A DNA stretch of 29,264 nucleotides from Chthoniobacteraceae bacterium (GTDB lineage: Bacteria; Verrucomicrobiota; Verrucomicrobiia; Chthoniobacterales; Chthoniobacteraceae), in NCBI GenBank assembly GCA_031409655.1, contig JANNXQ010000247.1, positions 1-29,264 on the forward strand, read 5' to 3'. The notes beneath the pieces are model-generated. The model saw only the letters and a program-made list of their open reading frames with translations, had not been told where the DNA came from and did no database searches. Shown piece by piece: positions 1 to 9,007 of this stretch. Every line of letters starts with the position of its first letter. The first letter of the stretch is position 1. Made by a program: the position numbers and the translations under genes.

Positions 1-324
1 ATCAACGCCGCCGAGCACTTCGTGAAAGGCAAACGCCAGAACCAACTGACGGAAGAGCACATCGCCAAGATCATCGACACCTACAAGAACCGCACGGAAG
101 CGCCCCGCTACTCCCGCCGCGTGGAGATGGCCGAGATCGAGAAGAACGATTTCAACCTGAACATCTCCCGCTACATCAGCACGGCGGTGGGGGAGGAGGA
201 GATCAGCCTGGAGGCGACGAATGCGGAGTTGGTGGAGATTGAGAAGGCGGTGCTGACTGCGACGGCGAAGCACAATGAGTTTCTGACGGAGCTGGGCTTG
301 CCGCTGCTGCCAGCGGCCGATTGA
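1..324 (+). CDS. hsdM: Type I restriction-modification methyltransferase subunit M, C-terminal part (5' end outside the window)
   Basis: Frame is open from base 1. INAAEHFVKGKRQNQLTEEHIAKIIDTY...EIEKNDFNLNISRYI...HNEFLTELGL matches the typical HsdM C-terminus. Confidence 0.9.
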   Translation: MNAAEHFVKGKRQNQLTEEHIAKIIDTYKNRTEAPRYSRRVEMAEIEKNDFNLNISRYISTAVGEEEISLEATNAELVEIEKAVLTATAKHNEFLTELGLPLLPAAD

Positions 325-455
325 ACCGCGTCGTCCGCGGTGGGCAGGGTTTGGGATGTTGGAGAGTCCGGGCTTTCCATCACCGGTAACTCCCGGCGAA
401 CCCGGCGCGTCATGGCCTGCGCCGCCGCCCTTGCTGACCGCAGATTGGATTTTCC

Positions 456-2795
456 TCAGCGATAGAGGAGGAAAGCTTCGCGCCGGGCACGGAAAGGTTC
501 GCGCGCTTCGGCCCAGAGCGCCTTGATCTCGTCGAGCGATTTGCCGGCCTGGATCGCGGCGAGCGTCGGCGGATGGGCGAGCAGGCGGGCGAGGCGCTCG
601 ATCTTTAGTTCGCTGGGATGACTGCGGTGCAGCGCCGTGGCGAGGACGATGCCGAGATCCAGTGGGCTGAAGGCGTCGCGCGCGGTGACGATCATCTGCA
701 CGCCGCGACATTCCTTCCCGGAAAAGACGCTCGTGGTGGGGGTGAAACGAACGGGCACAAAGCGGATGCCGGGCAGAGCGGCAGCGGTGAGCGTGGCGGC
801 GAGCGCGCGGTCGTCGAGATACGGCGCGCCGAGAAATTCAAAGGGACGCTCGGTGCCGCGTCCGACGCTGACGTTGCAAAACTCGAGCAGGCCGACGCCG
901 GGATAGAGGGTCGCGGCGGTGAGGCTGCGCATGTTGGGCGAGGGGTTCACCCAGGGGAGGCTGGTCTCATCGAACCACGCGGCGCGGGTCCAGTCCGCGC
1001 ACGGGACGACGGTGAGATCGACTCCCGGCGCGCGTTCCGCCGCGAACATTTTTGCGAGTTCGCCGACGGTCATGCCGTGTCGAACGGGCAGTTCGTGCCA
1101 GGCGGTGAAACTGCGTTCGGCCGCAAGCATCGGCCCCTCGATCCGGGTGCCGCCGATGGCGTTCGGACGATCCAGCACGATGAACTTTTTCCCCGCGCGC
1201 TGTGCGGCGACGAGGCCTTCGCCGAGCGTGGAGATGTAGGTGTAGAAGCGACAGCCGATGTCCTGGATGTCGAAGACCAGTGCGTCGAGGTCGGCGAGTT
1301 GTTCGGCGCTCGGGGTGCGTGTCGCGCCGTAGAGACTGTGGATGGGCAGGCCGGTGCGTTCGTCGCGCGAGTCGGCGATCTTTTCATCCAGTGCTCCGCG
1401 GATCCCGTGCTCGGGACTGAAGAGTGCGACGAGGGTGACGCCGGGCGCTTTGTGGAGCAGGTCGATGGTCGGGCGGCGCGCGTGGTCGATGCCGGTGTGA
1501 TTGGTGATGAGTCCGACTTTCAGGCCGCGCAGTGGGGCGAAGTTTTCTCGCACGAGCACGTCGATGCCGGTGAGGACTTCGGCGCGCGGAGCGGGCGCGT
1601 CTCTGGTCGTGGCGCCGCCGGGCTGCCACGCGAGGGCACCGGGGACGTGGAGGAAATTGAAGTCGCGGACGGCTTCGGCGGCGAGCGTGCCGAGGGCGCG
1701 GCGGAGCGGGAGGACGCTGCCGGTTTCCGTAGGATGATTTCGATTCGAGAGGAAGATGACGAAGGTGCGCGAAAACGGATCGATCCACAGCGAACCGCCC
1801 GTCCAGCCGGTGTGGCCGTAGCTGCCGATGGGAAACCACGCGCCGCGTGGCCCGGCGTAGGGAGAGTCGATGTCCCAGCCGAGCCCGCGTCGCGCCGGAA
1901 CCGTGCCGGGAGTTTGCACGCTGGTCATTTGCGCGACGGTTTCCGGTTTCAGGATCCGGACGCCGTCGAGTTCGCCGCCCGCGAGGAGCATCCGGGCAAA
2001 GCGCGCGAGATCCGCCGCGGTGGTGAAGAGCCCCGCGTGGCCGGCGACGCCGCCCATGCGTCGCGCGGTGGGATCGTGGACCACGCCACGCAGGTAGGCT
2101 CCGGCGATCCGCTCGGTGGGTGCGACGCGGCTCGGATCGCGCGGCAGGAAGCCGCTGTCGCGCATCTTCAAGGGTCCGAAAATTTCCTCCGCGCAATAGA
2201 CATCGAGCGTCCGTCCGCTGACCCGGCGCACGATTTCCCCGAGGAGGATGAAATTGAGGTCGCTGTAGCGGAAGGCGCTGCCCGGGGGATTCGGCAGCGG
2301 CTCTGCGCAGGCGCGGGTGACCGCCGCTTCCGCGCCTTGCCAAGCGGGCGCAGCGGGGATGCCGGGCCTCAGCCCCGAAGTGTGCGTGAGCAGTTGCCGG
2401 AAGGTGATCGCTTCCTTTCCCGCGCCGCGAAACTCCGGGATCACGCTGCTCACCGTGGCTTCGAGCGGGAGGCGGCCACGCTCGACGAGTTGCAGCACCG
2501 CCGTCGTCGTCGCCACGACTTTCGTGAGCGAGGCGACGTCGAAGATCGTCTCTTCCGTCATCGCTTCCCGCGCCGGCGCCACCGCGCGATCGCCGTAGGC
2601 TTTGTGATACGCCGCGCCATCCCGCTCGAGCCAGAGCACCCCGCCGGGACAGCGCCCATCCGAGATCGCGAGGGAGATTGCGGCGTCCATCTGCTCCAGC
2701 TTCGTCGCGTGGAAAGTATCGAAAACTTCCGCCGCGTGCGCGCGGACCGTGAAGGTGATCGCAAGAAGAGGGACCCGAAGCGTGCGGAAATTCAT
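456..2795 (-). CDS. Secreted fusion of a beta-lactamase-family serine hydrolase and a DUF1343/NamZ exo-beta-N-acetylmuramidase
   Basis: N-terminal half: SxxK (FDVASLTKV), LLTHTSG, YSDLNF and HTGWTG. C-terminal half: GLITNHTG, FSPEHG, FDIQDIGCRFYTY, HGMTVGELA and PSPNM. The start was moved to ATG 2795 (MNFRTLRVPLLAITFTVRAHA, a signal peptide). Confidence 0.88.
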   Translation of the reverse strand: MNFRTLRVPLLAITFTVRAHAAEVFDTFHATKLEQMDAAISLAISDGRCPGGVLWLERDGAAYHKAYGDRAVAPAREAMTEETIFDVASLTKVVATTTAVLQLVERGRLPLEATVSSVIPEFRGAGKEAITFRQLLTHTSGLRPGIPAAPAWQGAEAAVTRACAEPLPNPPGSAFRYSDLNFILLGEIVRRVSGRTLDVYCAEEIFGPLKMRDSGFLPRDPSRVAPTERIAGAYLRGVVHDPTARRMGGVAGHAGLFTTAADLARFARMLLAGGELDGVRILKPETVAQMTSVQTPGTVPARRGLGWDIDSPYAGPRGAWFPIGSYGHTGWTGGSLWIDPFSRTFVIFLSNRNHPTETGSVLPLRRALGTLAAEAVRDFNFLHVPGALAWQPGGATTRDAPAPRAEVLTGIDVLVRENFAPLRGLKVGLITNHTGIDHARRPTIDLLHKAPGVTLVALFSPEHGIRGALDEKIADSRDERTGLPIHSLYGATRTPSAEQLADLDALVFDIQDIGCRFYTYISTLGEGLVAAQRAGKKFIVLDRPNAIGGTRIEGPMLAAERSFTAWHELPVRHGMTVGELAKMFAAERAPGVDLTVVPCADWTRAAWFDETSLPWVNPSPNMRSLTAATLYPGVGLLEFCNVSVGRGTERPFEFLGAPYLDDRALAATLTAAALPGIRFVPVRFTPTTSVFSGKECRGVQMIVTARDAFSPLDLGIVLATALHRSHPSELKIERLARLLAHPPTLAAIQAGKSLDEIKALWAEAREPFRARREAFLLYR

Positions 2796-2844
2796 GGAGT
2801 GTCCGTTGCCGATCGAGCCAGCGCGAAGGTCACGCCCTCGTTGC

Positions 2845-5800
2845 TCACGGGGTGAGATTGCGGGAGTAGATCGAGCGGAAGCGGACCTCGTCATCGGCTG
2901 AGTCGGCGGTGCCGCGATTGTTGACGTAACGCTCGATGATCGCCTGCTGGCGCTGCTCTCCGGTGATGACGAGGCGGCCCTGCGGGGTCTGCTTCAAGGC
3001 TTGGCCGATGGTGTAAATGCTGAAGACGCTGCCGCGCGCGGTGATGAGGCTGGCGACCTCCCGGACGAGGTCTTCGCTCTTTTCGCCGCCGTCCGCGACG
3101 CCCTTGATCTCGCAGATCTCTCCGGGGGTATCGAAGGCATTACTCGCGACGCCGATGGCTGGCTTCCAAGGGTAGCCGTAGATTTTTCCCGGGTTGGCCC
3201 CGGTCGCCAGCGTGCGGTTGTAAATGTTGGCCGCGATCTTTTCCGCGGCAGCCGGCGAAGTCAGGTGCGAGGCACCGGTGAGCAGGGCGACGAGGCCGCG
3301 GTCGCGCACCAGCTTGTCAAAGGGTTCGACGTGGGAGTTCACATTGACCCGACCGCCGACGCTGGTGCCGTGCGGGGTGAGGATGGGCTGCGGACCGGTG
3401 GCGGCGAGATTGGGCACGGTGAAAAGGTCCATGAAGGCCCAGTCAGGAAGCGTCTTTGAGTCTGCATAGTTATTCGGCTGAAGGCGGATGGTGCGCCAAG
3501 GGGTGCTGCCGACTTTCGCGTTGTTGCCGGTGTGGATGTAGCCGAGTTCGGCAATGGATGTGAGGCGGCCATCGTCTTGCGCCGGGCCATTGCTGGCCTC
3601 GCCTCTCGGCGGCGGCATGTAGAAGCTGAAATCGGAGACCTTGCCGTCCGCGTCGGTGTCTTGTTGCGGCCGGAGGTTGAGCGGGGCGCTGCCGACCGAG
3701 AACCAGGAATTGGTCCCTCCCAGAGTGTGTTTTCCGGTCTTGGTGAGCTTCCAGTCTTTGGGGTGGATGTTGCAGCGCGGGTCGTCGCTCTCCAGCGAGA
3801 CGGCGTCGTCGATCAAGACCTTGGACGGATCGCTGATGAGGTAGGGGATTGCGCCCACCTGGGTGCCGATGTTCACGCGCGGCCAGCGATTCAGTGGCGT
3901 GGCGAGCAGGCCGTCGGTGCCGGACTCGCCACGAAAGAGTACGCCGCGGATGTCGAGCGTCGTGTGTTTGGACCACGGGTTGTCGCGGTAGAAAAGCTTG
4001 GTCACGACGACGAACTTTCCAGGGTTGAGGATGGATTTATTCGGCCCGTCACCGTTGAGGTCGCCTTTCATGATCCGCACCGCATTGGTGCTGTGAGTTT
4101 GCATGAGCACCATCTGGCCATTCGGGCTGTGGAACCAATACTTCGACTTCTTCGGGTCGCGCGTTTCCGTCCAAGTGGCAAACCAGCCGACCGAGCCCGC
4201 TGCCGGCTTCACGCTGATATCGGGCACGAGGTCGATGCCCACGGCCTTGCCGTCTTTGACGAAGCCGTAATTCGGCGGGAGGTAAAACTCGGCTCTGAAG
4301 TAGGCGCGATGGAGCTTCATCGGCTGGCCGGCGGCATCGTTTGGCCAGCCGGCCGGCGGCGGCGTTGTGGGTGGGCCCACGGGGTTCAATTCCACATAGG
4401 TCTGCATCTCGGTGAGGTAAGGCGCGCGACAGACTCCCTGGTAGGAATTGGCCGCGCCGTAGGCGTAGGTCGGATGGATGGTGAACTTGTTCTTGTTGTC
4501 GCCCGTGGCATTGGACGGCCCGACGGCAAAGCGGAGCGGAGCGATGAGCAGCGTCGGGGATTCTTTGGCCCGGACGTAGTCGATGATATTCACCGCGATC
4601 TGGCCGAGCTGGCCGTCGCTGTCGGTGGTGCCGGGGTAATACTTTTCCTTGAAGCTGACGTCGGTGCCCGTGGGTGAAAGCGGCCACTTCTTTTCGCTGA
4701 TGTAGCGCATCAAGGTGCGGACTGCGGTGTCGAATTTATTGGGCAGGAGGATTGCTCCAGTCTTATCCGCGCTCCAGTCTGGCTGGCCGCCGGCGAGGTG
4801 TTCGAGGATGCCGGGGTCGAGCTGTTCCGGCAGACGGTCGTCGCGCAGGATGTCGAGGAATTTGCGCGCATAGGTGCCGTCCGGATTCTTCGGCACCAGC
4901 TCCCGCCGGGTGGTGAGCAGGATGCGATCTTCGCCAAAGAAGGTGGTGTCCGGGTCGTGGTTGTAGTGGGTGAGTTCAAATTTATTGAACTCGAGCATCC
5001 GGGTGAAGCGGGCGCGCTCCTCGTTATCGAGGATTTGCTCACTCGCCTGCCGGGCATCGGCGTAGGAGTTGAAATAGCGCGCGGGCGTTTCTGTGGTGAA
5101 GTGATGGACGACGTCGGCCATCGATTCGGTAAGCTGCCCGCCCCCCGGAAGCGTCAGACCCATGAGATTGATGCGGCTCGGGTGCGCCTCGTGCGCGAGA
5201 TTCGGGTTCTTCGAGTGAGCGGGATTGCGCTTCCAGGCGAGGTTGTAGTTGATCTTGCTGCTCTCGTCGTCGGCCCAGTAGGCAAAGCGCCCGACGATGG
5301 GGTTGGCCTGATCGGTGGTTCGCGGCGCCTCGATCGCGGCGCCCGTTTCGTCGAGTTCCTCGGTGCCGTCGGCGCGCACGTAGATCCAGCGCAGCCGCAT
5401 GGCCGCGGGCTCACCGGTGTCCTCGTCGCGCCGGTCGGTGATGAGGTAGGCGGGCGGGTTTTGATCGACCAGCGTTTGCACATTGAGATTTGGCGGCTGG
5501 AGCACGGGGTCGAGATCCGAGCGGGCGAGGAATGCGGGGCTCGGTGCGCCCGAGGAGAGCGGGATGATCGTCTGCAGTTGCTTCTGATCCGCCGGTGGAT
5601 CGGCGGCGACGATCAGCGCGCCAGGCTGGCTGATCCAGTTGCGTTTGCGGTTTTGAAAGACTTCGGGGAGTTCATTCAGTTTCTTTGGGGGATCGACGGT
5701 TTCGCGGCGCAGCGTGGCCACGGTGCGCTCGATGCCTTCGCGGGCGAAAGTGGCGGCCCGCGTGCGCTCGAAGTGCGTGCCTGCAACCGCGCGCTCGATG

Positions 5801-5916
5801 CGGACGCTATCGAGGTATCCAAGCGTCACGATGGTGCAGATGACGACGAAGAGCAGGGTGATGACGAGCGCGGAAGCAGGCGCGCGTCCGGTCTGGCGGG
5901 AAGGGTGGCGTTTCAT
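2845..5916 (-). CDS. vccA: Verru_Chthon cassette protein A-like (large protein with a PilX/GspK-like N-terminus)
   Basis: N-terminal SALVITLLFVVICTIV helix without Glu5, plus NWISQPG, VGRFAYWADDESSKINYN, GRVNVN and C-terminal ITARGSVFSIYTIGQAL. It is the last of four overlapping pilin-like genes. Confidence 0.75.
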   Translation of the reverse strand: MKRHPSRQTGRAPASALVITLLFVVICTIVTLGYLDSVRIERAVAGTHFERTRAATFAREGIERTVATLRRETVDPPKKLNELPEVFQNRKRNWISQPGALIVAADPPADQKQLQTIIPLSSGAPSPAFLARSDLDPVLQPPNLNVQTLVDQNPPAYLITDRRDEDTGEPAAMRLRWIYVRADGTEELDETGAAIEAPRTTDQANPIVGRFAYWADDESSKINYNLAWKRNPAHSKNPNLAHEAHPSRINLMGLTLPGGGQLTESMADVVHHFTTETPARYFNSYADARQASEQILDNEERARFTRMLEFNKFELTHYNHDPDTTFFGEDRILLTTRRELVPKNPDGTYARKFLDILRDDRLPEQLDPGILEHLAGGQPDWSADKTGAILLPNKFDTAVRTLMRYISEKKWPLSPTGTDVSFKEKYYPGTTDSDGQLGQIAVNIIDYVRAKESPTLLIAPLRFAVGPSNATGDNKNKFTIHPTYAYGAANSYQGVCRAPYLTEMQTYVELNPVGPPTTPPPAGWPNDAAGQPMKLHRAYFRAEFYLPPNYGFVKDGKAVGIDLVPDISVKPAAGSVGWFATWTETRDPKKSKYWFHSPNGQMVLMQTHSTNAVRIMKGDLNGDGPNKSILNPGKFVVVTKLFYRDNPWSKHTTLDIRGVLFRGESGTDGLLATPLNRWPRVNIGTQVGAIPYLISDPSKVLIDDAVSLESDDPRCNIHPKDWKLTKTGKHTLGGTNSWFSVGSAPLNLRPQQDTDADGKVSDFSFYMPPPRGEASNGPAQDDGRLTSIAELGYIHTGNNAKVGSTPWRTIRLQPNNYADSKTLPDWAFMDLFTVPNLAATGPQPILTPHGTSVGGRVNVNSHVEPFDKLVRDRGLVALLTGASHLTSPAAAEKIAANIYNRTLATGANPGKIYGYPWKPAIGVASNAFDTPGEICEIKGVADGGEKSEDLVREVASLITARGSVFSIYTIGQALKQTPQGRLVITGEQRQQAIIERYVNNRGTADSADDEVRFRSIYSRNLTP

Positions 5917-6902
5917 CGTGCGTTGGTGAGCTGCACCTCAGTGGCGTAGATGCGCAGACCGGGAAGCAGCGAAGCCCAGACCGCGCTGGATTGCGCGAGC
6001 AGGCGGCAGCCTTCCTGAAACTGCGCCGCATCGCGGATTTCCGAGGAACGAGTGAGCGCGCGCAGGGACGCTCCAACGAGGTCGAGGCGCGGGGCGTGTC
6101 GGGAGTCGATCTGGGCGAGAGAGATTCGCACCGTGGCCGGCAGGTGGCGTCGCTCGGTCCTTTCCCCGATGGCGCCCGAGGGGTCGTGGAAAGTGTGCGT
6201 GTAGTCGTAGCCGGTCCGGGAATCGTAGCCGCGCGGCAGCTCCTTGCCATCCAGGCCAGTGGCGCGGACCCAGAGGCCGAGCACATTGTCGCCAAAGAGT
6301 CCGGTGTAGCCGTCGGCCCTGCGCGCGGGTGCGACGCTGTCGAGCAGGCTCTTGCTCAGCCAGGCTTTCGGGTCCACGGGATCGTAGATGCGGAAGTCCG
6401 GGTTGGCGATGATCTGCCCGGGATTCTCGGGATCTTCCCGCGAGGGATTGACGAAGAAGCGGCAGAGCGTGGGCCGCGACGCCGCGGTCGGGGTCGCCGA
6501 GACCCACTTCACAAAATAACCGATCTCCGCGATCTCACCGAGACTCGTCTCGGTCGCGAGCGGCGCCTGCCAGAAGATGGCGTCGGCGTGCCGGTATTCG
6601 TCCGGCACCTGTTTCGCCGGAGGATTGATGACCAGTTGAAGATTCGACTGGCCCATTTTGCTTTCACCTTCGATGGGCAGCATGGCGGCCTGCAGTTCGA
6701 CGGCGATGAAGTCCGCCAGCGCCCGCACATTTCTCCGCTGCTCGATCTGCCCCTCGCCGCGCATCCACGTCCGACTCACCTGATCAAACACGGTGCTGAG
6801 CATAAGCACCAGCAAAGTGAAGACGGCCATGGACACGAGCAGCTCCACAAGCGTGAAACCGCTGCGGCGCGCCAGTAGTTCAGTAGCGCGAGACGCTCGC
6901 AT
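5913..6902 (-). CDS. vccC: Verru_Chthon cassette protein C-like, with prepilin-type N-terminal cleavage/methylation motif (PilW-like)
   Basis: RSG|FTLVELLVSMAV type III signal; IFWQAPL and EIGYFVKW motifs; 4-bp overlap with the A gene. Confidence 0.75.
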   Translation of the reverse strand: MRASRATELLARRSGFTLVELLVSMAVFTLLVLMLSTVFDQVSRTWMRGEGQIEQRRNVRALADFIAVELQAAMLPIEGESKMGQSNLQLVINPPAKQVPDEYRHADAIFWQAPLATETSLGEIAEIGYFVKWVSATPTAASRPTLCRFFVNPSREDPENPGQIIANPDFRIYDPVDPKAWLSKSLLDSVAPARRADGYTGLFGDNVLGLWVRATGLDGKELPRGYDSRTGYDYTHTFHDPSGAIGERTERRHLPATVRISLAQIDSRHAPRLDLVGASLRALTRSSEIRDAAQFQEGCRLLAQSSAVWASLLPGLRIYATEVQLTNAR

Positions 6903-7407
6903 CGAGTCTCCTCTGATTGGGCCGCCGCTCCGGGGTTTGGCTCGCCACGACCGGCCAGGTGAAAAGCAACTTCACACGCAGACGATTGAAGACACCCTCT
7001 TCGCGCGCCTGGGTCTGCAGATCGGGCAGCTTGTGGACGAGGCATTCGTAATGCGCGGCGGGATCATCCGGCACGGTCTCGAAAGGCAGCGGCATCCCTT
7101 CGTGCGTGAAAAGGTAGCGCGTGGGCGGCGGGGCCTCGGCATCGTTCGCCGGCGTAGCATCGTGGGCAGCCCACGGTTCTTCGCTCCAGAGCGCATCGAA
7201 GGGGCGCGCCCGCAAATCTTGCAACACCCGGGTGGACATCGTCGCGAGCACCGTCTCGTCGCCGGCCGTGCCATTCGCGCCGAGGCCGACGCCGAGCACC
7301 CCGACGATCGAGACGAGCGCCACTGCCGCGACGGCGAGAGCGAGCGAGAGTTCGATGAGGCTGAAACCGTGGCGCGCTGTCTGGCTGGAAGAGCGTGCTG
7401 CCTTCAT
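6880..7407 (-). CDS. vccB: Verru_Chthon cassette protein B-like (PilV-like minor pilin)
   Basis: RHG|FSLIELSLALAVAAVALVSIVGVLGVGL; YLFTHEG and FTWP motifs; 175 aa. Confidence 0.75.
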   Translation of the reverse strand: MKAARSSSQTARHGFSLIELSLALAVAAVALVSIVGVLGVGLGANGTAGDETVLATMSTRVLQDLRARPFDALWSEEPWAAHDATPANDAEAPPPTRYLFTHEGMPLPFETVPDDPAAHYECLVHKLPDLQTQAREEGVFNRLRVKLLFTWPVVASQTPERRPNQRRLDASVSRY

Positions 7408-8066
7408 GGGCGGAAGACTTTCGTGATGCCGGTCGCGCCGAGGATCGTGAGATCGTAGTAGTTCGCCGGCTGGCCTCCGGCTCCGCGCCGGGTGTGTGTG
7501 ACCAGGCCATGGTTTAGGACGCCTTCGACGATCCGGATCTGCGCCGGATGCTGGGGATTGAGCAGCCCGCCGCCGGGAAGAAAAATGCGGGCGGCGTAGC
7601 CCGGCACATCGAGGACGTCACGCCCCTGATAGACGAGCGGCGGGTTTGACTGCTGCGGCGGACCGCTCAGAAATGGGAATGGACGTGGGGAGTTGAGGAG
7701 GAAAGTCGAGGCCAGAGGCGGTGACGGATCGACCACGATACCGGTGGGCAGGGTCTTCCAATCCGTGATCTGCGACCACCCCTGACCGGGGCGATATTCC
7801 GCCACGGTGAAGGCGCGGAAATCCTCCTCCGTCCCTTGCGCTCCGAGGAGCACGAGCGCCGCCATGGAATTCCGGGCGATTGCCGTCTGGCGGGCAAGGG
7901 CGGCGAGATTTGCCACCATATTCCCGCCCGCCGCGAGGGCTGTGGAGCGTCCGTAGCTGCTCACCGCAGGCACGGCAACCGCGACCAGGGTCGAGACGAT
8001 GGCCAAGGCGGCCAGCATCTCCACCAAAGAAAACGCCCGCGGGATGGGGGCATGCTTGGGGGTCAT
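7404..8066 (-). CDS. vccD: Verru_Chthon cassette protein D-like (FimU/GspH-like minor pilin)
   Basis: RA|FSLVEMLAALAIV; LARQTAIARN (GspH/FimT-like); C-terminal NYYDLTILGATG. Confidence 0.75.
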   Translation of the reverse strand: MTPKHAPIPRAFSLVEMLAALAIVSTLVAVAVPAVSSYGRSTALAAGGNMVANLAALARQTAIARNSMAALVLLGAQGTEEDFRAFTVAEYRPGQGWSQITDWKTLPTGIVVDPSPPLASTFLLNSPRPFPFLSGPPQQSNPPLVYQGRDVLDVPGYAARIFLPGGGLLNPQHPAQIRIVEGVLNHGLVTHTRRGAGGQPANYYDLTILGATGITKVFRP

Positions 8067-8117
8067 GTTCGGGAGGGACTATCCTTGTTAGAGAAAAACA
8101 GCACTTTCCGCGAGGGA

Positions 8118-8139
8118 TATTCACCCCGGGGTGTGAATA
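8118..8139. promoter_or_regulatory. Inverted repeat TATTCAC-N8-GTGAATA upstream of the pilin cassette (candidate regulator site)
   Basis: Perfect 7-bp arms at 8118-8124 and 8133-8139, 52-73 nt upstream of the D-gene ATG. Confidence 0.35.
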
Positions 8140-8167
8140 GATGTGCCGCGTTGCGGGATGCTCGCGG

Positions 8168-8239
8168 CGTCCCGGAGGGGCGATCGAGATTAGCCGGTGG
8201 CGTCAGCCACCGGCTAACCTCCGCGGTCCCTCCGGGACG
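8168..8239. repeat. REP/REPIN-like nested palindrome
   Basis: Outer arms CGTCCCGGAGGG (8168-8179) and CCCTCCGGGACG (8228-8239). Inner 12-bp stem TTAGCCGGTGGC-gtca-GCCACCGGCTAA (8190-8217). Confidence 0.75.
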
Positions 8240-8311
8240 ACAGACTTCGCTGCTCCACATTTAAGCACACCCTTCACACCGCCTCCAAACCGGCGATCCG
8301 ACGCGTGGGCG

Positions 8312-8857
8312 TTATGCCTTCGCCGCGATCATGCCGCTCTTGCGGGCGTAGTTGAAGATGCCGCCGGCGTCGATCACGGGGCGCACTTCGCCAAGGGGCT
8401 TGAGGGAGTAGGTGGTGCCGCCGACGGTCAGAGTGTCGGCGTCAAAGTCGAGGGTGGCAATGTCACCGGTCTGCACCTTGTCGCAGAGGCGCTCCTTCGC
8501 GTCGTAGGGGTAGAGTTCGCCAGTGGCCACGCAGTTGCGGAAAAAAATGCGGGCAAAGGATTCCGCGACGACGACCTCGACGCCGGCTGCGCCCATCGCG
8601 ATGGGCGCATGTTCGCGCGAACTGCCGCAGCCAAAGTTGCGTCCGGCGATGACGATCTTGAACGGCGTCTTCAACTCATCCGGCGGCACGAAACGCGTGG
8701 GGTAGGTGTCGTCGGGCAGGCCGATCATCGCGTAGCTCCCGAGCTTCTCGTATTCCTCGGCGATCGTCGGCACGAGCGTGAGATACTGCGCGGGGATGAT
8801 CTGGTCGGTGTCGATGTTGTCCTTGCAGACGTAAACGGGGCTGGTGAGGGAGGCCAT
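8312..8857 (-). CDS. leuD: 3-isopropylmalate dehydratase small subunit
   Basis: DNIDTDQIIPA, GRNFGCGSSREHA, SFARIFFRN and AGGIFNY. Confidence 0.9.
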   Translation of the reverse strand: MASLTSPVYVCKDNIDTDQIIPAQYLTLVPTIAEEYEKLGSYAMIGLPDDTYPTRFVPPDELKTPFKIVIAGRNFGCGSSREHAPIAMGAAGVEVVVAESFARIFFRNCVATGELYPYDAKERLCDKVQTGDIATLDFDADTLTVGGTTYSLKPLGEVRPVIDAGGIFNYARKSGMIAAKA

Positions 8858-8867
8858 GGGTGAGGAG

Positions 8868-8996
8868 GTTGAGAGTTGAGAGTTGAGAGGCCGCCACGGA
8901 GCCTCAGTTTGGTGCGCTCCGCGCGGAAGATTTCATTCTGCGAATCGCGCTGAGCTCACACTTCAGCGGAAACGCGCCGGACTCTCAACCCTCAAC
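8868..8996. repeat. Inverted heptamer tandem repeats: (GTTGAGA)x3 ... TCTCAAC-CCTCAAC
   Basis: Three GTTGAGA units at 8868-8888 and complementary units at 8983-8996 bracket the SH3-leuD intergenic region. Confidence 0.6.
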
Positions 8997-9007
8997 TTCT
9001 TTTCCCC

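Noticed and set aside
1..455. Orphan hsdM lacking hsdS/hsdR
   Set aside because: The gene is cut by the window edge, so partners may lie upstream; this cannot be judged here.
618..2855. Long antisense ORFs (618-2855, 9679-11322, 12756-15251, 24080-25249 and others)
   Set aside because: They are shadows of well-supported opposite-strand genes in high-GC DNA and have no recognisable motifs.
8134..8148. Sigma54 promoter (CGGCACATCTATTCA on the - strand)
   Set aside because: The invariant -12 GC is absent.
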